From Octopus vulgaris (lineage: Eukaryota), in the NCBI GenBank assembly GCA_951406725.2, contig OX597818.1:67394001-67458000 (forward strand): a DNA stretch of 64,000 nucleotides. The letters run 5' to 3'. Made by a program: the position numbers and the translations under genes. The notes below the pieces were generated by a model. It was not told the DNA's origin. It searched no databases and saw only the letters and a program-made list of their open reading frames with translations. Each line of letters opens with the position of its first letter. The stretch's first letter is position 1. Shown piece after piece: positions 1 to 12,135 of this stretch.

Positions 1-810
1 TTTGCCAGGAAATCTGTCATAACTTCTCAGTCCTGGTCCCAGAAGACTGTGAGCATGACCTTGCCAGCGGAGGGCTGCACCCTTGCCTTCTTTGGAGGGG
101 GTGAGTCACGGTGCTTGCACTGCATTGACTGGGCTTTGGTCTCTGGATCATAGTGATGGACCTAGATTTCATCCTGTGTAATCAGTCTTTCGAAAAATTT
201 TGATTCATCTTCTTGGCACATCTCCAAATTCATCCTCGAGCACTCGATGCGTTCTTGCTTCTGGAAAGGCATGAGCAACCTGGGAATCCATCTGGCAGAC
301 ATCTTTTGCATATGCAAATGGTCATGAATGATAGTTTCCACAGACCCGGTACTAATCTTGACCTCATGGGCTATTTCGCGAATAGTTATGCGTCGATCTT
401 CCAAAATGGCAGCCTCAACTTGATGGACAGATGCCTCATCAATGGCAGAAGGGGGCGACCAGATCTGGGAGCTGTTTCCACAGAGTTCCGACCATGTTTG
501 AATTCACGATGCTAGCGTTTTACAAGGTCATATGATGGGGCATCATCACCATAAGTTACTTTCATTTCATCAAAAGTCTCCCGTGGTGTGCGTCCTTTCA
601 AATACAAAAACCGGATCACTGCTCGACACTCAACAGGCTCCATTTAACACTTGACTCGGTTCAAACACCTGTAAAGAAGAAACCACAATTAATTCAGTGC
701 TGTAATTTGCCACTTACTCTATAGAGATATAAATGATTGCACGTGCAAAATTCCAGCTAGATCAAACAACTGCAAGTGGGTCAGAGGCATTACTTATTGA
801 ACGTCCCTCG
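1..810 (-). mobile_element. mariner DNA transposon, 5' part, inactive; continues off the left edge
   Basis: Minus-strand TIR CGAGGGACGTTCAATAAGTA ends at 810 next to TA (811-812). Transposase starts at ATG 643: MEPVECRAVIRFLYLKG...RSGRP, frameshift ~453, then EDRRITIREIA...ARWIPRLL...ITQDEI*VHHYDPETKAQSMQW...SAGKVMLTVFWD, with in-frame stops. Confidence 0.93.
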
Positions 811-823
811 TATTTTACGATTG

Positions 824-950
824 TGTTGCTATTGTTGCTGTTGTTGTTGTTATTATTATTATTATTATTATTACTATTATTATTCAGGTGGCTGCCTGGA
901 ATCGAACTCGAAATCTTGGGGTTAGTAGACCCCGCTCTTAACCACTAGGC
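824..950 (-). repeat. tRNA-like head followed by (AAT)n/(AAC)n tract; short retroposon or SINE-like
   Basis: Minus strand GCCTAGTGGTTAAGAGC (A box)-GGGGTCTACTAACCCC-AAGATTTCGAGTTCGATTCC (B box)-AGGCAGCCACCTG-(AAT)n. Confidence 0.65.
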
Positions 951-1974
951 ATTTAAGTTAGTCGATCAACATTAACTAAGACGTCGGCAAGATTTGAACT
1001 CGTAAATCTTGTGAGGATTTCATTAATTTTTCTTTTTGAAACGCACTTCGTTTTCTTCCTACATCAGTATTTCTATGTGAAACCTGAAATTTCCCACTTT
1101 CATCTCTTTAGTAAGCTTTTGAAAACCTGGACATTTCTGTGAATCAGGTCATTGACTGAGCAGTCAAACATACTAGAAAGCAATTAAAGCACATAATTAA
1201 CATTGTGCTGAAGAAATTATCGAAGTACTTATGTCTCGTTAGCTCCAACTACTTAGAGACGTAGTTCATTGGAAATGGTGAGGGGAACAATGTCTGAGAT
1301 GTGTTACAGGTAAGCTTTCTTGTAAACAAATTTTCATCGTAGCTGGTGAAAAATGTTACAAATACATTTAATTCTCCAAAATATACTACAACGAACCAAA
1401 ACGAAGAAATATAAACTGTAGTCTACCTGCCTGAAAGAGCAGCCAAAATAACCTCCCATCAAGTTGTCTTAAAAACTGGGAAATGAACAGAAGCCTGCAG
1501 CATATTTACCCTTGAATATGTTACCTCTTGCTGATACAGACAAAGCGCGATACCACTATTAGTATCTCATCGGTTTTTTTCACTCACGGTGACCTGAATT
1601 TGACGATACCATTAATTCGGCAAAACCAAAGCTGTAGAGAAATAGAAACGGTAAGTCTAAACTTCAGAAAGTATATGAAAACCGAAGTGGAGAATACATT
1701 GATGAAGGAAACTGGATTCTGTATTAATGATAGAAGGATACACTATCAGACACTATATAGTCTACCTTACTAAGCTGACAAATTTTGCTCGCAAGATATG
1801 ATAAAAATTAACATGATACCTTCATTGCAGAATCAAAAATGTTACATAAATGTTGTCCATGACTATATTGATAGATACCTGCAGGCAGGTACCTTTGCCA
1901 TTGATAGGGCTTTATAGAAGCATTTTATACCAAAATGGCCTCACCCCAAAATTCCCTTTTTTTATTCTTGATCA

Positions 1975-2013
1975 TCTCTCTCTCTCTCTCTCTCTCTATC
2001 TCTCACTCACTCT

Positions 2014-2102
<89 letters not shown>
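1975..2102. repeat. (CT)n/(TA)n microsatellite, representative of dozens of (TA)n/(CA)n tracts in the window
   Basis: Directly visible; source of the IYIY/CVCV/THTH pseudo-ORFs. Confidence 0.98.
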
Positions 2103-2105
<3 letters not shown>

Positions 2106-2354
2106 GAAATTTACAGAAAGACAAAAGACAAAACCTGTATGAACAACAAACAGGTGTATTAATTTGATGCTTGTGTAAGACTGTCTTTTACGGTTCGTGC
2201 CTCCGCTCTTCAACAGAAAGGAATAAAAGAAAATAAACAGAAGGAGAAATTAAAAAAAGAAAAACTTGTGGATTTAGTAATCAAGCATTGAAAGCGTCAA
2301 ATTAATACACGTTTGTTGTTCATACACGTTTCGTCTTTTGTCTTTCTGTAAATT
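2102..2354 (-). mobile_element. short hammerhead-like PLE-type element, copy A, with an inverted duplicate of one end
   Basis: Homologous to 7386-7568(+) and 32318-32501(-). Core on minus at 2184-2222. Arms 2108-2172 and 2292-2354 are inverted copies. Confidence 0.75.
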
Positions 2355-2451
2355 GTGTGTGTGTGCGCGTGCATGTGTATACATATGAGTGTGTGTGTGT
2401 ATTTATATATATGCATGTATGTTCTATGTTGGCACAGCAGGTTATATTTAT

Positions 2452-2676
2452 TTACTGCCCACAAGGGGCTAAACATAGAGGGAACAAACAACCACAGACA
2501 AAGGGATTAAATCGATTACATCGATCCCAGTGCGAAACTGGTACTTTATTTATCGACCCCGAAAGGATGAAAGGCAAAGTCGACTTTGGCGGAATTTGAA
2601 CTCAGAACGTAACGAAAGACGAAACACCACTAAGCATTTCGCCCGGCGCGCTAAAGTTTCTGCCAGCTCGCCGCCT
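2452..2676 (-). mobile_element. tRNA-derived SINE, family B
   Basis: Head AGGCGGCGAGCTGGCAGAAAC...GAGTTCAAATTCCGCC; same family as 57725-57957(+). Confidence 0.9.
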
Positions 2677-2831
2677 CATCGGACACCAGGTTAACAATAT
2701 TACTTAGATTAGTGACGAACTCTAAGTAGTACTTTGGTATGGTTCAATGTCATGGTTCATTACAATTCTATTTTGTAAATCCGTGGATGGGCTCCAAACA
2801 AACAGGTTTTTGAAGAGTGATATGTAATACG

Positions 2832-3182
2832 CAAGTAAAAATAATGGTCACGTTATGTAATTGCTTAATCATAGAAAATTTTGCTCACAGATCTTTCCAG
2901 TTATCATTATAGATATGTTTACTCAAATGGTATATTGTTCAATTGAGATGAATCGAAACACCTAAGAAATGTAAAACTACGAATGAGCCATTGCTGGAAA
3001 TAACAAACAGAACACTCGAAGAATAATCATTCTTGAAGTGCTTTGTTGAAAGTTTTAACTTCCTTAGGTCTTTCAATTTCTCTCAATTGATCAATAAACC
3101 TCTTTATAATGACTACTGGAAACAGCTGTAAGCCAAATTTCCTATAATAAAGTAATTATATGTAATGACCATTATTACCTTG
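2832..3182. repeat. diverged fold-back (near-complete palindrome), probably a PLE terminus
   Basis: Arms ~2832-2977 and 3052-3182 are reverse complements; inner hairpin 3006-3047; contains GAAACAGCTGTA; abuts (TA)n. Confidence 0.75.
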
Positions 3183-3189
3183 TCACTTT

Positions 3190-3228
<39 letters not shown>

Positions 3229-3231
<3 letters not shown>

Positions 3232-3848
3232 CAAATTCTCATTATAAGAATTCATTAAACGGAGTTCAATAAACGTCATCACATAAAATGAAATTAAGCA
3301 GACTCTGTTGCTAATGATGAATTACTCATTCAATTATATGAGACAGCTGTTTCTGTCAAAATGAAATATTTAGCTCCTTATTTGGTGCTTGTAGATGTAC
3401 CTACACATATCCATTTTATCCAACAACCAAGAGATAAACAAGGCAGATATTTATTTGGATATGACTAGGAGGGAGTTCTGTTTTACCAATCAGACAAATT
3501 AGAAATATAAACGTTACGATTTTAAAACTTAGCCTTGAATTAAATTTCGTGAGTTTAACGAAGTAATTATTAATATAAAAATACAGAAAAAAAACTGAAG
3601 ATAATAAATTATAGATGTCTTATTATTTCAATTATAATCCTCTAATGAGTACAAAAAGACAATATATTATAATAATATGCGTTATTTCTATTGTTGATAT
3701 CATAGTATTTTTGGCATAAACAGCTGTCTGGGATAATTGAATAAATGAATAACCAATCCATAACAAGACAATCTGCTTTGTTTCATTTTATTTGATGATG
3801 ATCATTGAACTCCGTTCAATGAATTAATTCTTATAAGGAGCATTTGCA
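3229..3848 (+). mobile_element. Penelope-like 3' end with inverted terminal copy
   Basis: Arms ~3229-3365 and 3705-3848 are inverted; both carry AAACAGCTGTC; CTAATGA at ~3640; begins directly after (TA)n. Confidence 0.65.
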
Positions 3849-4017
3849 TACATCCATTTTCATACGGACGTGATACGAAATTCATAAATAACGTATGATA
3901 AAATGACATTGGAAACCTCAGGAATAATTCTCTTTGCGGAGGAACTAAACTTTATATCTCAATAAATATAATATTAAATAATATAATATAATATACATAT
4001 AGAAGAAGGAAGGAGAT

Positions 4018-4167
4018 CTCTGTCGGTTACAGCGATGAGGGTCCCACCTGATACGATCAGCTGAACAGCTTGCACGTGAAATAAAATGTCTTGCTCAAGA
4101 ACACAACTCATTGCTGGGGAATTGAACTTACGACCTTACAGCCGTTAGATAAGTGCCCTAACCACTA

Positions 4168-4170
<3 letters not shown>
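4018..4170 (-). mobile_element. SINE family C, internally deleted
   Basis: tRNA-like head at the 4170 end; body matches 61898-62287. Confidence 0.7.
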
Positions 4171-4241
<71 letters not shown>

Positions 4242-4419
4242 CAATGCGAGGATGTCTTATTCTCATTAGGGATTAATATATCCGACATTTCACTGGTTTA
4301 ATCACCGTTGAGGATAATCTCTTCAATATATATGGGATTATTATAATTGTAAATTAACGAGAAAGGATTGTTTGGGATGATATAAAATTAGTTTATTAAC
4401 ATACTAACCGAAAAATCCT

Positions 4420-7045
4420 ACGTACGTTTCAATTCAGTGGTATATATAATTGATAATTCAAAGATTGAAATAAATCCAAGGATTAGAATAAAATATCATT
4501 TGAAAGATATTTGGTAGAGTATCACCAGGGCAAGAGTATAATTGCTTTAGTTTTATAAATATACTAAGAAAATTAAGAACTGAATATTTATTGTGTGTAT
4601 GTGTATTCTAATATTTTTTAAATATTAGAAATTATAATAAATAAGGTTAAAAAATAGAAATAAAAATAGCAATAATAATAAGTATAAAATTTAAAGTAAA
4701 AAACATAATACGGTTATATAGGTAAATTTCTATTAGCTTACTTAATCAATGTAAATTACTGCCTATGTATTTATTATCATAAAATGTTATCGAACCAGAT
4801 TGATTTGTTTATGCAAGTGTATCTGTGGTTTAATTTGAAAAGTATAGACGTTAAAAATATGTATGTCTCCATATATACTATTATTAATGCTTAGCTTACG
4901 TATATGTTTATATGTATATATATATGTTTCATGTATGTGTGTATATATGTATGAGTGTGCTTGTGTATAAATATATTAGATATATGATATATTTAATTTT
5001 TTTTTAATTAAGCAAAAAAATAATGACAATTAATTTTAATAACTCTATATTATTAAAGTTAATCAAGATCATTAAAATGAGGTGTTATACAGTTAATTGT
5101 AGATTCATGATGCAGAAGTGGAAAATTGCGTATTAAGTGGCTGCCTAATGTAGATTAGGTGCATTACGTCATGAAATTATGCTTTCTTAAAAGGGCCTCA
5201 ATATTAGTTATAAAGAAGGTTATCTACTTATATAGTCATTAAAATATGAAATGATATTCTTAATTATTTTAATTTCAATTGTGTGCCCTATTACGAAAAG
5301 AATAGCTAACAACGAAACCACCTAAAAATTAGCAATACAAGTCTTAGTAAGAGTCTTTGGAGAATAAAGGAAAGCAACAAGAATAATAGTAAATGGAAAA
5401 TTATGACTCGAACTAAATCATAGTGTAAGAATGACAGGAGATGCCATCTCCGTATATAAGGAATTTACTTAATCATGTCTTCGAGACATCAGCAAATTAA
5501 TTACAGATATGAAAATGTGTAGCTTGTGTGTATGATTCTAAGATATTTTTTGTCTAAATATTGCTAGTCTATGTATTAAATACATGCGAAAAATGTAATA
5601 TGAAGAAATTGCAAACATATAATATATAATTTTTCTGCTATTGTAGTAGTTAAATATTACAATTACAATTGTAACTATAATTACAAATGTAACAATATAA
5701 TAATTAACATGATCAATTTATAAATATAATTGCTATATAAACAGACAATCTTCGTTAGATGTTGTCTTGCTCTTTCAAGAACACATTAACTTTTGACATT
5801 ATACACTAAATCTGTACGGCCACCATGTAATACACAATTCTTCCCTCTCTGTATCACGAATTTATTAAGAAAAATATAAATATTATTTTCAATAATATTG
5901 ATGAACTTTAATTTATATCATAAAAATATTAAAATACATTATTATGTTATTGGTTGTATACTGTCAATCTAACAAGAACGTGACAGTAGGGGGTACACCA
6001 CCGTTGTATAGCCCTAGGAGGCATCGAACGCCTCCTGACAGCTTCGACACATTTTTTCCCTGTGGTTAGCTATTCTGTGTCCTTATATACATTATGTACC
6101 CCCTACTGTCACGTTCTTGTTAGATTGACAGTATACAACCATTCTATCGCCCCACCACCGTACAGGTCTCTACGAGAGATTTAGAAATTCAATATTTATT
6201 ATTTTATTATTTTTATTCAAACATAATATTACTATGATCTAATTATATCGCTCTATGTAAAATTAGTATATACATCGCATAATACTTAATGTATAATTTA
6301 CTATTAAGTAGCATTGCATAGCCAATAATCTTTGGATAATTGAAATTAAAATAATCAATTAATCTTTTTAATGGTTATATATTTAGATAACCCTCTATAT
6401 AAGCAATCTTGGTATATTTTAATAAAATCTAATGACGTAATACACCTAATCTGCATGAGGCTGCCACGTAATACACACTATCTCCCTCCTGCATCATGAA
6501 TCTACAATTAATGATATAACACTAAATTTGAATAATCTTGCTTAACTCTAATTATATATATACATGCACACAACGGATATATATATATACATACTCTAAG
6601 CGTTAGAACCATCATCTTCAAATTTAACTGCACACACACATTCATAAGCAAATGAATCTGATTAGATAAGATTTTATAACAGTAAATACATAGGCTGTAA
6701 TATACATTGATTAAATAAATCAATAGACATTTACATAAATAACGGTTTTATTTTACTTCAAATTATACACTTATTTAATATTTTTAACCCTGTACGCTGT
6801 TTGTAATTTTTAATGTCATTTTATAAAACCTATTAGCATACACATACACGAAATGAATATATATTTCTTAAATTTCTTGGTCTATTTATAAAATCCCATC
6901 CATCAACATGTAAGTATTTCTATTGTACTCTAACCCTCGTGAGATTTTAACCAATATTATCCAAGATCCTACTTTATTCCAATCCTTGGATTTATTCCAA
7001 TCTTTGAGTTTACAATTATATATAGGACTGAATTGAAACGTTCAG
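4420..7045 (+). mobile_element. Penelope-like element relic with long inverted arms and a degenerate GIY-YIG endonuclease C-terminus
   Basis: Arms ~4420-5280 and 6340-7045 are diverged reverse complements (e.g. ACGTTTCAATTCAGT / ACTGAATTGAAACGT). 5290-5535 reads TKRIANN..SNTSLSKSLWRIKE..KWKIMTRTKS*CKNDRRCHL, like PLE endonuclease tails (TxLSKxxWxLK..WKI..RCxLC). Confidence 0.75.
5951..6141 (-). repeat. 191-bp hairpin element with a perfect 47-bp inverted repeat
   Basis: 5951-5997 is the exact reverse complement of 6095-6141; nested inner stems. Confidence 0.92.
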
Positions 7046-7049
7046 AGGG

Positions 7050-7180
7050 TTCGTTTGCAAGTACTATGCTTTCAAAGAATAAGTCCCGGGGCCCATTTCT
7101 TTCACTAAAGCTCTTTCAGGGGTTACTCCAGCATTGCCATTGTAACAATGACCGAAACAAGTAAAAGAATAAAATAATAA
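7050..7180 (+). mobile_element. SINE family A, 3' fragment
   Basis: AAAGAATAAGTCCCGGGG...CTCCAGCAT...TGACCGAAACAAGTAAAAGA matches the 3' end of 9718-10110. Confidence 0.8.
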
Positions 7181-7281
7181 AGGACAGAAAAAAAAGAATT
7201 ATTTGCATATACGCTAACACACACACACACACACGTGCATACACATGCACAGGCGTATACCTACGCACACAAACACACTCG

Positions 7282-7371
<90 letters not shown>

Positions 7372-7385
7372 GTATATCTATCAGT

Positions 7386-7568
7386 CGCCATGATAGTTTG
7401 ATAGCCACTGCACACATTTTTTCTCTCCTTGTTTTTTCTGTCCCTTTCTGTAGAAGAGCGCAGGCTCGAAACGTAAAATACCTTTTCTATTCCCTAGCGT
7501 TATACTTATACATCTGTTTGTTTTCTACACCACCTGTCTTCGCCGTTTGTTTTTTTCGTGAAATGTCC
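7386..7568 (+). mobile_element. short hammerhead-like PLE-type element, copy B
   Basis: Core CTTT-CTGTAGA-A-GAGC-GCAG-GCTC-GAAACGTA-AAA at ~7444-7478; (TA)n on both sides. Confidence 0.78.
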
Positions 7569-9717
7569 TATATATATATATGATTAAAGAGAAATCGAGA
7601 AGGGTATAAAATTCAGTGTTCTTTGGAAGTCGACGATATCTAGGCAGCTTTACCAGGACGCTATATGGCAGCACATTAGCGTATAAACAATACACATACG
7701 CTAAGTATGAGCGACCGAGTTGTTTTTTTTATTCGAAATTGAATTCATTCCCAATGTTTCAAGTTATTGATATACTCCATTATAGAAGGCCAAGTGTCAG
7801 TTGGCTATCTTGCCAAATAATATAATTCTAATATTTAATTACTTTAAAATTGTCAAGTACTACTTGGCCTGTCACCTATCCAGGTATTATTAAGGTAAAT
7901 ATTAGTCAGGAGTAAAAAAATGCATGACTTGTGGTTAACGAATGAAATAATCATCTGTATTTTCCTTATCGAAGTGAAATGGCACGAACGTTCAGCGATC
8001 GATAGAAATACCTTTTTCATTCAACGAGATAATTAAGCACCGATTTTCCAGAGATTTTATACAAATTCATAACAGCATATTACAGTTATGATGATAAACA
8101 ATACTTTCTTCCAAATTACACGTTATTCTTAGACAATCGCAGATTCAAATTGAAATTTGGATAACAAATTAAGGTAATTATGATTTTTAAACCAATTCCA
8201 AACAACTAACATTAGTTATTATGATTAATGTAATACCAAGAATTTTTTTTTAAATATTGATTTGGAATATGGAGCATTATAAGTTATGCAGGTTTGTACA
8301 AGTATGAAACATATTAACGGTGTGGTACTTGGTTTATTATGAAACCTTAAATCAAGCTGTAATCAGCGTAAGTGGAGTTTATTAGGTTTTAATTTTATTT
8401 TGCTTATCGAAATTCTAAGTTATTGCATCATGTAACTTTGGTAACATTCTCCAGTTCATATTAAGCTAAGAAGATATGTTTTATTCTTTCGCTATCTGCA
8501 ACATAGAAATGAAAATTAAGATTCATCTCAGGTTGGATTCCGGAGAAATACGTTATTTTAATTCAATAATACGTCTGCTGACCGTTTGAACAAATACTGA
8601 AATTTGTAAATATATATATCTTATCTACTATTCCAAAGTCAAAGAACTTGAATTCATTTATATTTATTTGGAAAAAAGAAGAAATGTATAAATTTTCAAA
8701 ACACTCCCAGAAACGTGACGCTTTTAATAATGAGGAATTCTCTCCGATCAATTTACTCTTACATTCTACGAACACTTTTCACTGTTAGGAAACACATGTA
8801 TTTAAAATGCATAAAACTGTTATATCGATCCAATGTAAGACTCGGAAATAGGTACTAGAAGAACAAAAAGAAAAAATGTCGGGAGAAATCTATTTTGTAA
8901 GTACAGCAGTACTTTTCTTTGTAGAAAGCTTTCTGTTCTGTTTTCCGTTAGTGACCTAGAAATACTATCATTTTGATTTACAAAGACTACTGCTTATTAC
9001 TTAATGTGAATATATTAATTTATTTTAACAAATAAATTCTCCATAAATTTTTAATGTATTTTTTGGTCAGCAAAACTGATGCTTTCAGATGCGATTATAT
9101 TGTTGTCTTTATTAAAGAATTCTTAGAAATTACAATGGCAGAACAAGCACATTGGAACGAATGCGCACGCATACACCCGCACTCATACGTACTCATACTC
9201 ACAAATATTTCCTCATAATACTCGCATGTACTTCTTGTGGAAACACTGAGCACCTGCCATTCAGCAATTTCATTATAGTCACACGTGTCAATATTTCTAA
9301 AATCAAACAAGGCTACCTATTGAATCTATCTGCCTCTGAGGATGTGAAAAGAAGTCTGGATTATGTAATTTAAATTATAGGTTTAAAATTATAATTTTCT
9401 TAATGAAACACAAGGATGTACCTAGACATCTAATAAAATCTCACGTCTTTTTGTGGGTAAAGGTGTAACGTTGTGAAGTATTCTAAGACCGCTTCATAAA
9501 ATGTATACGGATCAGATAACGCAAACCAGGGCATGATTAATACTGATTATTGACGTCGCACTTTCAGATTGAAATTACATCATATGACTAAAGAAGTAGA
9601 CAGGTATGTGGAAGCAAAACGCACACATACAAACACAGTTAACTTATAATGTAGGACAAGAAGGAATAACAATAAAATCGTATACTTATTCCCGCGTATA
9701 TATCAAGAATATACATA

Positions 9718-10110
9718 CAGGTGTGGCTGTGTGGTAAGTAGCTTGCTAACCAACCACATGGTTCCGGGTTCAGTCCCACTGCGTGGCGTCTTGGGCAAGT
9801 GTCTTCTGCTATAGCCCCGGGCCGACCAATGCCTTGAGTGGATTTGGTAGACGGAAACTGAAAGAAGCCTGTCGTATATATGTATATATATGTATATGTA
9901 TGTGTGTGTATGTGTTTGTGTGATTGTCCCCCTAGAATTGCTTGACAACCGATGCTGGTATGTTTACGTCCCTGTCACTTAGCGGTTCGGCAAAAGAGAC
10001 CGATAGAATAAGTACTGGGCTTACAAAGAATAAGTCCCGGGGTCGATTTGCTCGACTAAAGGCGGTGCTCCAGCATGGCCGCAGTCAAATGACTGAAACA
10101 AGTAAAAGAG
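9718..10110 (+). mobile_element. tRNA-derived SINE family A, near full length, with internal (TA/TG)n
   Basis: GTGGCTGTGTGGTAAG (A box), GGTTCAGTCCC (B box), TTGGGCAAGTGTCTTC, 3' GACTGAAACAAGTAAAAGAG; a partial second head at 10126-10260. Confidence 0.92.
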
Positions 10111-10309
10111 TATACATGTTTATTGATGCAGGCGTGGCAGTGTTGTAAGAACCTCATGGTTCCGGGTTCAGTTTCACTGCGTGGCATCTTGAGCAATGGT
10201 CTTCAACTAAAGCTTCAGCCCATTGTATATGTGGGTGGATGTATTTGTGTCTGTTTTCTATCCCCTCGCCCAGATGTGTTTATCACTTTCTACATTGTTG
10301 TATATTCTG

Positions 10310-10518
<209 letters not shown>

Positions 10519-11290
10519 TTTTGTTTGTTCATGAGGTACAGGTTCATATGATTTTTCTATTTAATTTAGGAAAATTGAAGCATAGTTTTGATATCTAAAA
10601 ATAATTTCGTGCTTGACTTTTGGCCCACCTTGCATACATAACTAGAAAAAGTTTTATTTAAAAGCTGGCGATAAATATTACGTAGATGTTATTCATTATT
10701 TAAAATGGAATTATTTTATTTATGAGTTAGACTCCTAGTTTCTGTAGAAAATGTCCACATATCGTATGTATTTTATGTCTACAGTGTATACTTTGTATAT
10801 GAATTATGGGTTTCCAACTTTTCAAACAGGCGCTCAGGCCGAATGCATGAAGAGGAATTTTTCTTTTACATTTTTGATGTTGCTATTTCCGGTTTAGATT
10901 CCTGAATGGGGTCAACCTATCGGCCAGACATATAGTAATTCGCAATAGATAGAAAATTAAGCGACAATCAGCCACTGACGTTGCAACAAAAAAGTAGCCA
11001 ATTACACAATCTGTATAAGAGATGAGACTAGTAACTATAATGTAATGTAATGTCTATTAGCATATCAATATGGCTGTTCCGTAGGAATCGACATTACAAC
11101 TATTATGAGCTTCCCCTTGCCGATTATCGATGAAATTTGAACCCCATATATATTGCAAGCAGGAATACACACTTATAGCCACTCTTCGGATAAAGATTTC
11201 GAAAAGAAAGTCCAAACCATTTCAATGCCGCTGTTTCCTATATAGAGACCCTCTAGCGCTCATCAGATCCCTCCCATATCTCGCTCACTC

Positions 11291-11322
<32 letters not shown>

Positions 11323-11330
11323 CATGTGGT

Positions 11331-11368
<38 letters not shown>

Positions 11369-11383
11369 ACCACATGCACTCAA

Positions 11384-11442
<59 letters not shown>

Positions 11443-11839
11443 CATAAATAGATAGATAGATATGAATATATAGATACATACGTAGATATTTATATGCAGA
11501 TATGAGATAAGTATTAATTGTGAAGTTATCTCTGCTTAGCTTCTCAGAATCTAACTTCAGTGATGCGTTCAATTACTTATATTATAACGTTTTATAGTTT
11601 ATCTATGATTTTGAGGTATATGCTGTTACGGTAAGCGTTAAGACAAAATAGCTACACAGGAACAAACACACGCATACATACATACAGACGCAGACATACA
11701 CGAACACGTACACACATCACATAGGCCCACAAACGCACACACACACACACACCTATTTATACTTATATACGGGTATATTCGTATATAAAATATACACATG
11801 TATATACGTTTAAATGTATATATTTGTGAAGAGAAATAG

Positions 11840-12135
11840 ATTGCTAGACTGATAGATAGACAGACAGACAAACAGATAGATAGATAGATATGTAGATAGA
11901 TAGATAAACAGATAGATAGATAGATAGATAGATGGATAGATAGATAGATAGATAGATAAGGAGGTAAGTAGATAGATCCGTACATATATAGATAGATTGC
12001 TAGATACATAGGTATTATGTAGGTAGGCAGGTAGGTACATAGATAGAGAGATGGATACATAAATAGATAGATAAATAGATAGATAGATAGATATCTCGGT
12101 AGGTCGGTAAACAAGCAGACAGATTGATAATAGAT
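11840..12135. repeat. (GATA)n-rich tract
   Basis: Directly visible. Confidence 0.95.
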
